A program made the position numbers and the translations under genes. This document shows positions 15,003 to 24,800 of a stretch of DNA of 64,000 nucleotides, one piece after another; position 1 is the first letter of the stretch; the number at the start of each line of letters is the position of its first letter. The notes beneath the pieces are model-generated. The model made no database searches and was not told the DNA's origin. It worked only from the letters and a program-made list of their open reading frames with translations. The stretch lies in NCBI RefSeq assembly GCF_016026235.1, contig NZ_CP065613.1. The stretch is one strand, 5' to 3'. Source of the DNA: Escherichia coli. Its GTDB lineage: Bacteria > Pseudomonadota > Gammaproteobacteria > Enterobacterales > Enterobacteriaceae.

Positions 15003-15348
15003 AAAACTCCTTATATTTCATCTATCTGCCTAGGATATAAAACAAGAATATAAACACATTATAAATAGTATAAACTGTGAAAGAATAAAAATTTAGAATA
15101 GTTAAGCCCAATGTTACTATAAAAATACAATATGCAAGTATACGTTATTTTTCTAAACATCTCGACATATTGTATGAGTCTAACACTATATTGCATTTTT
15201 TTCGTGTAAATTATGTTCTAGTGGTGTCAGTAATTCGAGCAATTTATGAGGCCTTTTATTCTTGTACAGTATGCAATATTGAGCCTGTTTATGATTGACA
15301 TATTCAGATTTTCAAAGAGCAATTCTTCATTAAACTCAATAAACGGCT

Positions 15349-15634
15349 ATCTCAGTGATCGGTTAAAGCGCTCACAGATGGTGTTCATTTTCGGCGTATC
15401 GAGATAAGCCTATTGGTGCCTGATAGCGGCTTCCTGTAGCTTTTTGTCAAATTTTCCCAGGAACTCTTCCCCATAATCGGGTATATTCTGGTTGATTCCA
15501 ACAGGTAACAACCGAGCTTGATGGCAGAAGAAACTCATGATTACATCACTGTTAAGCGACGTTACCGCCACCGCCAAAGCGTAGTTGCTGCGTTCGTCAA
15601 TCACGGTAATAACATAACGCCGATTCTGAGCTCA
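15349..15634 (-). pseudogene. Remnant of an rve-type (integrase-core DDE) transposase gene, frameshifted and truncated
   Basis: Minus-strand frames give ...RRYVITVIDERSNYALAVAV... (VIDxxSR-like first catalytic-D region) and, in another frame, ...PKMNTICERFNRSLR* (xERFNRxL C-terminal integrase-core motif); local G+C looks higher than the surrounding cluster. Confidence 0.45.
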
Positions 15635-15944
15635 ATATAAGCTCACCGGTCTTTAGCGGGCTAATAGTACCTTGGACTTGAAGTCTGGGAACCCAGTTAC
15701 ACCAGTATTAGCCACATTTTATCATGTGCTGCCTAGCTCATTCCTCCAATAGTGGAGACGCTCGGGCAGGCCAAATGCTACTGTTCACACTACAGATTCA
15801 GACGGTCAAAAATCTGTTCTTTTCCAAGGTTGAGAAGTCCTATTCTAATTCATCATATTTCTTTCAAAATTTCTGGATGTCATAGTTTTGTAAGACATAC
15901 TAGAAAGATTTACTACTTGAGATAAGCACTTCCGAGCCTATATA

Positions 15945-16307
15945 TTAAACGCGTATTGATACACAAAAATTTTCTGCGGATGCATTGATTCCATGTCTTT
16001 CCCTAAAATGCAGGGTTTTCATTCTTAATTTTGCAATATCAGGCATGGCATTGTATTCCATCGCATAGATTGTTGCACGGTAATGCCCGAAACACCTGAC
16101 GCCGATATGTTGGTTCAACATAACAATCTCTCCTTTCTTATCTGGAGACAATTGCAACATCTCTGAAAACTTACACTCTGCCCATCGTGTACATAACCAA
16201 AGACAACAGAAATATGTCACGCCTTTTTCCAAATTCCAATTTATATTCCTTACTCTTATAACACAAGGAGTATCTGAATATATAAGAGTGAAGGAGTGCT
16301 TTGGCAA
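15945..16307 (-). CDS. Hypothetical protein or gene fragment of unknown function
   Basis: 120-aa ORF in the decayed segment between gne and wzy; no recognisable motifs; may be a remnant. Confidence 0.25.
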   Translation of the reverse strand: MPKHSFTLIYSDTPCVIRVRNINWNLEKGVTYFCCLWLCTRWAECKFSEMLQLSPDKKGEIVMLNQHIGVRCFGHYRATIYAMEYNAMPDIAKLRMKTLHFRERHGINASAENFCVSIRV

Positions 16308-16752
16308 AAATATTTAATTCAAAGATATAAAACACAATCGATTTAGTATCAAAAGATTACTCAGTAATCTTTCACCAAATAAATTAGTTCAAAATAACAC
16401 TACAGCAATGGCAATAAAACCATTCCATGAAATAGCAACATAAACACGCAAATAGAATTTCCACGTAAATTTATAACACTTACCAATCCAAAACATTATT
16501 TATTATAGATTGTATTCATGGGATTATCACCTGGTTCAGTTATAGATTTGTGATCTATGTAGTTCACTATTCTTACAGTTCTCAAAAAACTTAAATTAAA
16601 TTGTTGCGCTATTACCCTATAGTCTTTAAATACCCATAAAAACAAAGGCAAAAACCAATTTGTTTTACAGATATCTAGAATAAGATAATATGTCAACAAT
16701 TAACAAGTTACTACTATTGTTTGTTAATAAAAACCTGCAATTAAAATAATAA

Positions 16753-18015
16753 TCATGCATTAACCGAACCCCTTCTTATTAATCTTTTTTTATGACAAAT
16801 ATAAAAAGATGAAAATATATATATATATATTATTTTCATATATGCAACATTCAAAAATATAACCTCGCCTTTATAATGAAAAGAAAAACTGAGTATCGTA
16901 ATCATTAATACAACTATTTTAGGTTTGATGCTATTAGCAGCATAAATAGTCAAAAAAATAAAAAATAAAAAATAAAAAATAACCGATGGTACCGCACCCA
17001 AAAATAATGCTAACCGCATAAATCCAGCATCGGTCCCGAGATAATATGTCCCATCCTTTAACGTATAGTACCCATCACCAATGAAGATCTGTTTTTCTGT
17101 TAACGGAAAATACATATTAAATAATGCATCTGTAGATGTTGTTGATAACTTTCCTGAATCTAAATAATAATATAACATTTGAAAAGAATAATCCGAATAT
17201 TTTTTCAAGATATCATAAACATGTTCATTTAAAAAAAATCTCCAAAAAATAAATAAAAACAGAGATACATAAATCAAAATTTGAAGCGCCCGATAAAACT
17301 TCTTTTTATAATCAGAGCAAATAAAACTATATACCCCTCCGAGGACAAACCCCAAAACAGCCGTACGCCCAGCAGAAATTGACGCGAACAGCAAGAGTAT
17401 GATAAAAAATAATTTAAAAAAGAAAGGAATATTACAGTCTTCCTCATTAAACCAAACAATTGAAAGAAAAGATAATAATGACATAATTATAGCAAGACCA
17501 AAGGCAACAGAACCTGATATACCTAATCCCCTGATGCCTCCATATGTATTACTCATAAATTCTATTTCTTCTTTTGTTCTAATAATACTTTGAATATAAG
17601 CATTTATACTGGGAAAAAACATCATCAGAATAATAAAAAAGGATTGTAAGAGGGCAATTAGAAAAAACAATTTCAACACATTATCATTGTTATGCTGGAT
17701 TAAGTGCGACGCAATTATAACAGAGCTGAATAATGCAGCGAAATTATTAAAGATAACCCCCATGATAGATAAATCTCCTGTACCATTTAATACCAATGAA
17801 ATACAAGAAAAAAAGAGCATGCAGGCCAAAGACAAAAACGCAATAAAAAATATTCTTGTACTTATTAGACTAAAAAAAACAGTCCTTATCCTGATATTTG
17901 TAATTAAATAAATCAAGGAGAAAATATATATAAGATAGCCTGAATTAAAAAAAACAGGGATGCTAAAAGCAAACACAAATAAAAACAACAAAAATACATC
18001 AAAAAAAACCTTCAT
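16753..18015 (-). CDS. wzy: O-antigen polymerase
   Basis: 420 aa, highly hydrophobic multi-TM protein with a larger hydrophilic loop, adjacent to glycosyltransferases and wzx; identity as Wzy is by elimination (the other polytopic protein has the Wzx pattern). Confidence 0.7.
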   Translation of the reverse strand: MKVFFDVFLLFLFVFAFSIPVFFNSGYLIYIFSLIYLITNIRIRTVFFSLISTRIFFIAFLSLACMLFFSCISLVLNGTGDLSIMGVIFNNFAALFSSVIIASHLIQHNNDNVLKLFFLIALLQSFFIILMMFFPSINAYIQSIIRTKEEIEFMSNTYGGIRGLGISGSVAFGLAIIMSLLSFLSIVWFNEEDCNIPFFFKLFFIILLLFASISAGRTAVLGFVLGGVYSFICSDYKKKFYRALQILIYVSLFLFIFWRFFLNEHVYDILKKYSDYSFQMLYYYLDSGKLSTTSTDALFNMYFPLTEKQIFIGDGYYTLKDGTYYLGTDAGFMRLALFLGAVPSVIFYFLFFIFLTIYAANSIKPKIVVLMITILSFSFHYKGEVIFLNVAYMKIIYIYIFSSFYICHKKRLIRRGSVNA

Positions 18016-19127
18016 AAAAATTCCTTTTGTGACACGACCCGATAATAAATATCAACCATACGCTTTGTGTTTTTATTTATATCAAACATTTTTATTATTG
18101 TATCTCGGTTATATTCAATCGAACACCTATATTGATTACTATCTATTAATTTCACACACCTTGAAAAAACAGATTTCATGTCAATATCATCATGCAGATT
18201 CAAATACATTGCATGATTTCCTAATAGCTCTCTGTTTGCATCGATGTCTGATACTATCGGAAAACAATTACATAAAACGCCCTCCATTAAAGATAATGGA
18301 GCACCATCATTGCTAGGAATACTAAGAACAAAATCAGATTTATGAAGAATCGACCTTAATTCCTCTTTTTGAATAAACCCTATTAAATTTACTTTATAAT
18401 TATCTCCCTCACATTTTTTTGTGAGTTCTATTATCTTATCATGTGTGGTCTTTGACGATGAGCGGCCTAGTATATTGATATTAAAAAAGTACCCTTTACA
18501 ATCATAATCTTTCATATCAATAACAGCTTCTAAAAAGGACTCTATGTTATAAATATTATCCCAATTTCTTACAGAAGTTATTGTTATACATTTATCGTCC
18601 CTTATGCTTGACGTTTTTTCATCTGAAAAGAACCCCACATCTACACCATATTGAAAAGTATGTATTCGCTCCTGATTCACATTGAAATACGATATTATTT
18701 TATTTGTTATATGCTTGGCGGGTGAATTTACAACACAAAAACTTTTCATTGCTTTTACATATATTTTTCCTAATATCCCTCTCTTTTTTATAGTATTGTT
18801 AATGTCACTTCCCCATACTGAGAGTATCTTCTTTACTTTTCTAGGCAAAACACATGAAATTAAACCATAAGAACTAAAAAAATGGACATGAACCAACTCA
18901 GGCTTTAATAAAAAAAAATAAAAAAGAAGAAAAACAGGTGCGTATATAAAATCAAATTTAGTTTTTGTAAGTCTTGGTATCTTATATATCTCTCCTATTC
19001 CAACATTCTCAGAAATACTTTTGTCATAGTGTAGTGTGACAATTCTATAATCAATATATTCTTTGGAACCATGAATCCAGTTACTAATATGACCAGATAT
19101 CATAGGGCCAAAAACAAGTACTCTCAT
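18012..19127 (-). CDS. Glycosyltransferase, GT-B fold (GT4 / family 1 type)
   Basis: 371 aa; C-terminal E-x7-E-like region ...LSLMEGVLCNCFPIVSD...; overlaps neighbours by 4 bp. Confidence 0.75.
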   Translation of the reverse strand: MRVLVFGPMISGHISNWIHGSKEYIDYRIVTLHYDKSISENVGIGEIYKIPRLTKTKFDFIYAPVFLLFYFFLLKPELVHVHFFSSYGLISCVLPRKVKKILSVWGSDINNTIKKRGILGKIYVKAMKSFCVVNSPAKHITNKIISYFNVNQERIHTFQYGVDVGFFSDEKTSSIRDDKCITITSVRNWDNIYNIESFLEAVIDMKDYDCKGYFFNINILGRSSSKTTHDKIIELTKKCEGDNYKVNLIGFIQKEELRSILHKSDFVLSIPSNDGAPLSLMEGVLCNCFPIVSDIDANRELLGNHAMYLNLHDDIDMKSVFSRCVKLIDSNQYRCSIEYNRDTIIKMFDINKNTKRMVDIYYRVVSQKEFL

Positions 19128-20017
19128 TTTTTCCCCATTCGTTTTCTTAAATTTAAATAATAATTTTTAGCATGGAGTGGAGACAACCACCCAATACATT
19201 TCCCCACAATATTGTGCTTGATTTTTATTGATTCAATGACAGAGAATAAAAAAAACTCAACTGAAAAGTTGGTTGCATTAAATAAATGAATAGGTGCAAC
19301 TTCATTTTTTCTGAAAAATTTAGATAAAATAGTCTTGTTTTTTATTTGGATAAACTTCTTACAACTGCCAATTGAGCCATGCCTTATCCTATAAAATAAA
19401 ACCACGTCATCTATATTCCTTACAATACATCCACTCAATACAGCCCTACACAAAAAATCATAATCTTGAGCAGCATCTAAACGCCTGTAACCACCTAATT
19501 TATAATAAAGCTCTGACCTTAACAACCAAGTTGGATGAATTATTTCATTCCCCCACGAAAAATCTACTGGGTTCATATTAAAATAATCCCTAACAACATT
19601 ATCGTTCTCATCAATAACAACAGCCTGTCCACCGACTAAACTGACATCAGAATGCTTATTCAGATATTCTAATTGCTTTTTAAAACGCCCGTTAATAACA
19701 ATATCATCAGCATCCATTCTGGCAATAAAATCATAGCCATTACACGCGCCAAAAATTAATTTATTTAAACTTGCCGCCAACCCTTCGTTCTCATTAAAAA
19801 AAACAACGCACACATCATTTCTGGCACTAACTTCTTTTAAATATAAACTCTCAACATGAGGAATATCTTCATTTCTCCTATCGACTCCAATTATTAATTT
19901 ATATTTCACATTCTTCTTTTCCAATCTTTCCAGATCCTGAAGAGTACTGTCTACTGCCTTTTTTAGTATTATGTAACTCTCATTATAGTAAGTCATGATT
20001 ACAGCAAGTTTTTGCAT
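19124..20017 (-). CDS. Glycosyltransferase, family 2
   Basis: ORF 19124-20143; start placed at internal MQKLAVIMTYYNE (typical GT2 N-terminus); DAD/DxD-like motif RMDADD. Confidence 0.75.
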   Translation of the reverse strand: MQKLAVIMTYYNESYIILKKAVDSTLQDLERLEKKNVKYKLIIGVDRRNEDIPHVESLYLKEVSARNDVCVVFFNENEGLAASLNKLIFGACNGYDFIARMDADDIVINGRFKKQLEYLNKHSDVSLVGGQAVVIDENDNVVRDYFNMNPVDFSWGNEIIHPTWLLRSELYYKLGGYRRLDAAQDYDFLCRAVLSGCIVRNIDDVVLFYRIRHGSIGSCKKFIQIKNKTILSKFFRKNEVAPIHLFNATNFSVEFFLFSVIESIKIKHNIVGKCIGWLSPLHAKNYYLNLRKRMGKK

Positions 20018-21204
20018 TTCAAATCCCACAGACAACAAATTGTAATAATAATTGGCGATAGAACTACAGCATATACTATATAATAATATGGGAATAATGA
20101 AGAAAATAAAAAAATAGATATTAACGATAATACATTCGAACAAATCACATATTTTACTATATTTTTTGATGAGTGTATCATATGAATTAATTGAGTTAAA
20201 TATTGATTGAGTATACTTGGGATAACAGCTAGGCTAAATGAAAATATTAGAAAAATAAAAAAACGAGATATTTCTCCCTTTGTCAAATAAATAGAGATAT
20301 ATGATATTGCAGCCACACATATAAAAACAACGATGCTGTAAAACAACAATTTGAGTAGCTGACTTCTGTATTTTACTTCCACATAGTTAGTTTTGTGCCC
20401 TACGGAATAAAAAACCTCTGAATTACATTTATTTAAGACAGTGATAATTGAATTGGAAAATGTTACGGATACTGTCACAAATCGCATAACGACGTTATAT
20501 ATCCCTAACAAGCTAGCATTTCCTGATGCCAATATAGCAGAATTAATTATAGGCTGAATAAGTGCATTTACCCCGCTATATATGTACATATGCTTAATGT
20601 TTTTCAAATAATTTTTAATGTGTCTAAATGATATTTTTCCCAACCTATTATCATTCTTTATTTTTATCAAACTAATAAGTCCAACCAGAGCAGATGCTAT
20701 CGCCTGAATAAAAATAAACATGTGTAATTCAAAAGCATAATATAAAACAAATAAAACCGCTAAAATTTTAACTACCAAGGACACTATTATTATAAACCTA
20801 AAGTTATCCTTTGCTATATAGTACCAACTATTAAGCATGCCAAATCCAAACGAGAATATTACGACACAAAAATAATCACTCTTCCCTGCAGTCTCTGAAA
20901 TTATAATAAACACCATCGCACATACAAAAAAAAACACTAACTTAAAGAAAATCGCTGAAATAACAAACGACTGCTGAGCAATTTCATTACCCTTAAGCTT
21001 ATTTAATTGTTGTACGCCTACTGTATTTAGACAAGCATCATAAATAAATGAAATAAAAGTTGATATAGTTAACACATACGAATAAACTCCATATCCCTCT
21101 AAATTAAATCTAGTTAAAACCAGCGGCATAATTATTATTGGGACAATATAATCCACTAGCTTTAGAGCACTTACAGAGATAATACTTCTTAAAAAACTAG
21201 ACAT
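19999..21204 (-). CDS. wzx: O-antigen flippase
   Basis: 401 aa, about 12 predicted TM segments, polysaccharide-transporter-family N-terminus. Confidence 0.75.
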   Translation of the reverse strand: MSSFLRSIISVSALKLVDYIVPIIIMPLVLTRFNLEGYGVYSYVLTISTFISFIYDACLNTVGVQQLNKLKGNEIAQQSFVISAIFFKLVFFFVCAMVFIIISETAGKSDYFCVVIFSFGFGMLNSWYYIAKDNFRFIIIVSLVVKILAVLFVLYYAFELHMFIFIQAIASALVGLISLIKIKNDNRLGKISFRHIKNYLKNIKHMYIYSGVNALIQPIINSAILASGNASLLGIYNVVMRFVTVSVTFSNSIITVLNKCNSEVFYSVGHKTNYVEVKYRSQLLKLLFYSIVVFICVAAISYISIYLTKGEISRFFIFLIFSFSLAVIPSILNQYLTQLIHMIHSSKNIVKYVICSNVLSLISIFLFSSLFPYYYIVYAVVLSPIIITICCLWDLKCKNLL

Positions 21205-21643
21205 CTTTTATTTTTCTAGCCGGTTGCCCAACATATACACCTGGTTCCTCTAAGTTTTTTGTAACTATCGCTCCGGCACCAACAATAATATTACTACAGA
21301 TCTCCACTCCCGGTAAAACAATTGCTCCAGCACCTAACTGAACATTATCTTTTATTACTACCTTATCTTTTTTATATTTAAAGATTTTCTTTTCAAATAC
21401 CAAACCTGTACTGAGAATTTTACTACCAGCAGACAGTACTACATTATGGCCTAAAATGACTCCTCCACTAGCATTTATATACACAAAATCATTAATTGAA
21501 AAGGAATTACCGAATTTAAGATTCGATGGTTCTACTATCTTATAAGGACCATAAATATGGGATTGCTTATAACGTTTTACTCCAAACTCACAGATAAAAC
21601 ATAATTTATACCATATTAATTGAATTCTAGAGAATATGCTCAT
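21197..21643 (-). CDS. Hexapeptide-repeat O-acetyltransferase
   Basis: 148 aa; left-handed beta-helix hexapeptide repeats (GHNVVLSAGSKI... GAGAIVLPGVEI... GAGAIVTKNL). Confidence 0.8.
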   Translation of the reverse strand: MSIFSRIQLIWYKLCFICEFGVKRYKQSHIYGPYKIVEPSNLKFGNSFSINDFVYINASGGVILGHNVVLSAGSKILSTGLVFEKKIFKYKKDKVVIKDNVQLGAGAIVLPGVEICSNIIVGAGAIVTKNLEEPGVYVGQPARKIKDV

Positions 21644-22557
21644 AGCTTTAACTCCTTTCCGAGCCTTTCATCCCATTCAAATGGAGTTATCTTATCATAC
21701 CCCGATCCTTGATGAAATGTTAATTCGCCTACATATATTTTTTCTTGAACAAGATATAAATCAACCCTAAGATATTTGAAACCTTGACTTAGTTTTTTAG
21801 ATATATTTAGAGCGTTTTCTAACTGACTTGGTTTACTAATATTCTTCACATTAAATTTTGAAAGATCTTTTCCCCTTCTCGCCCAGCAAAAATCTAACAT
21901 ATTCCAACTAGTATCATATATAGAACGATAATTCCCTCCCTCACGATCTAACGACACATAAATAAATTTCGGTTCTCCATTAAAACAATGAATTTTTATA
22001 TCATTAGGAACTTTCCCTGCCTCATCCTCTAATAACCTTTCAACAATTATACGCCTATCAATATTTTTATATTGCCATTCTCTTCCGTGATGGTAAATAT
22101 TACAATTAAGTGTTCTAATAAATTTCCACTTAACCTCATCAATATTCAATAAATTCTTGTCTCTAACAATAAAATAATCGCCACAATAGTGGTTCGATTT
22201 TATAACAAACTTACCCTGTGGTAAAGACTCAAAGGTAATATCAAAAGGGGTATCATAAACCTTTAACAAATCAATTATATTATCTCTCGTTCCCAGCCTA
22301 TTTTCCACATATTCTCGCACTCTAATTTTATCAGCACATATTGTATGTAATAGTGTTCTGTCATTTAGTTTCAACCATTGTAACTTTTGATTTAATGTCT
22401 TCGGATTGTTCAATCCGAGAGGGTATCCCTGATATTCAAGAAACTGCTTTTTTATAATCAAGCTATCTGGAGTAATCAGAACGACAAAGCATTTCAATAA
22501 ATACTTTATATTATACAATATATACATCAATTTCATGGAAAGATTTTTTCTATTCAT
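21640..22557 (-). CDS. TupA-like ATP-grasp protein (predicted amide ligase acting on a sugar carboxylate)
   Basis: 305 aa; NPKTLNQKLQWLKL motif and overall layout recalled as characteristic of the TupA-like ATP-grasp family. Confidence 0.65.
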   Translation of the reverse strand: MNRKNLSMKLMYILYNIKYLLKCFVVLITPDSLIIKKQFLEYQGYPLGLNNPKTLNQKLQWLKLNDRTLLHTICADKIRVREYVENRLGTRDNIIDLLKVYDTPFDITFESLPQGKFVIKSNHYCGDYFIVRDKNLLNIDEVKWKFIRTLNCNIYHHGREWQYKNIDRRIIVERLLEDEAGKVPNDIKIHCFNGEPKFIYVSLDREGGNYRSIYDTSWNMLDFCWARRGKDLSKFNVKNISKPSQLENALNISKKLSQGFKYLRVDLYLVQEKIYVGELTFHQGSGYDKITPFEWDERLGKELKL

Positions 22558-23237
22558 ATTAGAATCTCAAATAATTTATGCTGTCTTACCCATTCTCTTG
22601 CCTGACCTTTCGATACTACTACCCCAACGTTGCTCATTTTTAATATTGGTAAATCGCTAATAGAATCAGAGTAAGTTGTTATATGATACTCAGAAACATC
22701 TAACGACAAAACACCTTTTAACATTAATACTTTATTATATCCCATGCAATTCTTGCCACTAATTCTCCCTAAACACCTGCCTCTATTATCAAATTTAATT
22801 TTTGTGCATACAAAGCCATTAATCTCTAATGCTTTAACTAAATATTGAATATAAATATCATAGCCTCCAGAAATAATAATAACCTCATCTCCATCTTTTA
22901 AATGCTTATTCAATATCTTAATTATGGCAGGATTAATTCTGCGCAATATAATTTCATTAACGTAATCACGAGCCATTACATTAAGAATATCCCTTTCAAT
23001 ATTTTTTAACATATACAATAAAATTCTTTTCCTTAAGCTTTCCCCCAATCTTATTTTATTTATTATTTGTTCGATTTTGAAAATGGATAATGAAGATGCC
23101 ACCCTATTTAAAGTCTGTATTTTGATGTTATTACATATCCCCAAACGATCTATTACATAGTATATAAACCCATCGCCAGTTTGAAAATCAACTAAGGTTT
23201 CACACAGATCAAATAATGCTATCTTTTTTAACTTCAT
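22554..23237 (-). CDS. HAD-superfamily phosphatase (subfamily IB-like)
   Basis: 227 aa; N-terminal motif I variant FDLCETL, ISGG, C-terminal YSDSISDLP acidic motif. Confidence 0.7.
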   Translation of the reverse strand: MKLKKIALFDLCETLVDFQTGDGFIYYVIDRLGICNNIKIQTLNRVASSLSIFKIEQIINKIRLGESLRKRILLYMLKNIERDILNVMARDYVNEIILRRINPAIIKILNKHLKDGDEVIIISGGYDIYIQYLVKALEINGFVCTKIKFDNRGRCLGRISGKNCMGYNKVLMLKGVLSLDVSEYHITTYSDSISDLPILKMSNVGVVVSKGQAREWVRQHKLFEILI

Positions 23238-24315
23238 ACATCTGCTCTAAAATTCTGATTACATACAACATTTGTTTTTTCGTTCCAATAGTAATTCTGA
23301 CACATAACTCGACCTCTTTCATATGAGATAAATCACGAACAAATATTAAATTAGATTTTAAACGTTCAATGAATGCTTTTTTATCATTCATCGATTTAAA
23401 CTCAATAACCAAAAAGTTCCCCTCTCCATATACAATATTTTTTTGACCTATATTTATATTTTTCAACTTATCATAAAAAAAACGCTTAGCCTGATTAACT
23501 TCCTTAACATAATTATTCATATATTCAACTTCGTCTAATGCATTCAAAGCGGCAATCTGACTTAGCTGAGGTATATTTTTTGCATTTCTGACTTTATTTA
23601 TTGCACCTAACAAATCTTGTGACGCTATTATATATCCCATTCGCATCCCTGCCAATGAAAATGCTTTGGAAAATGTTCGCGTAATAATTATGTTATTAAA
23701 GGAGTTTACAAAATCAGCACACGTTAATTTTGCAAATTCATAATAGGCTTCATCGATAATAAAATATATTCCTTTATATTTTTCTACAAGATAATGTATA
23801 TCTCCTTTAGGAATAAGAGTACCTGTAGGATTATTTGGGTTACATAAATAGGCCATTTGAGGTTGAAACTTATTGAGATCGCTTTCAAACTTCTTTAATG
23901 ACCAATAGTAATTATCTTCAAAAATTGAATAACAAATTGTTGCCCCTTGAGCTTCACCTGTTGTTCTGAAATTATCATACGTAGGTGCTAACATCAATAT
24001 TTTATCATTTTCATTAATTAATGTACGAATGATAGACTCGTGTGCTGAGTCTGAACTACAAAAATATTGGATATATTCCTTTGGCACCCCCACATAGTTT
24101 GATATCTTTATTATTAAATCTTTATTGCTCACATCTGGATAATACCTAATTAGATTATTTACCAACGAATTCATTAATGCATTTTTTACTCTTTCTGGCG
24201 GTTCAATAGTAGATTCGTTCCAATCTAATTTTAATATTGTTTCTTTATTTTCACTCTCCCATATAGCGTGGGATGCAAGTTTATATGGTTTCATTTTTTT
24301 TACGAACTTATTCAA
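23209..24315 (-). CDS. HisC-family PLP-dependent enzyme (aminotransferase or decarboxylase acting on a phosphorylated substrate); first gene of the O-antigen operon
   Basis: 368 aa; motif-for-motif parallel with the hisC in this window (CNPNNPTG vs CSPNNPTG; IDEAYYEF vs ADEAYIEF; TRTFSKAFSLAGMRMGY vs [16 protein letters not shown]; VRITIGT vs LRITVGT) but highly diverged and AT-rich. Confidence 0.8.
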   Translation of the reverse strand: MNKFVKKMKPYKLASHAIWESENKETILKLDWNESTIEPPERVKNALMNSLVNNLIRYYPDVSNKDLIIKISNYVGVPKEYIQYFCSSDSAHESIIRTLINENDKILMLAPTYDNFRTTGEAQGATICYSIFEDNYYWSLKKFESDLNKFQPQMAYLCNPNNPTGTLIPKGDIHYLVEKYKGIYFIIDEAYYEFAKLTCADFVNSFNNIIITRTFSKAFSLAGMRMGYIIASQDLLGAINKVRNAKNIPQLSQIAALNALDEVEYMNNYVKEVNQAKRFFYDKLKNINIGQKNIVYGEGNFLVIEFKSMNDKKAFIERLKSNLIFVRDLSHMKEVELCVRITIGTKKQMLYVIRILEQMYEVKKDSII

Positions 24316-24800
24316 TTTTTACTCCATTACGTTCTGTGCATAACATTTAAAGAATTTAAACATGCTCAAGAAAACACAATATCTTATCTTAGATAATTTT
24401 CAGAATTGCTCCTATGTTTCATAATTCGTATATAAGCCCATACATTTATTTTATTCTTAATATAATCTCGTGAAGAATAATCGACATATTGTGTCAAAAA
24501 AAATATATATCTATTCCACATACTGAATATCTTCACTAACTTCTGCAAATTGAGAGCATAAGTAATCAGACACAGAATATTCAATATATTATACTTTCCA
24601 TGCTTGTCTGTAGTCAGAAATATAGAGACACCTTATTAAATCTTTAAGTTTTATCTTACTCTTTTTGTATATATACTGAGTATTTGGACATTTATAATAT
24701 ATAAAATAATAGCGTTTGATGTTAAGGAAAATCTCCATTATTGAATATTTATCGCCAATTGTTTAGTAAAAAATCAGTGCCACATGTTTTCTCTTATATG

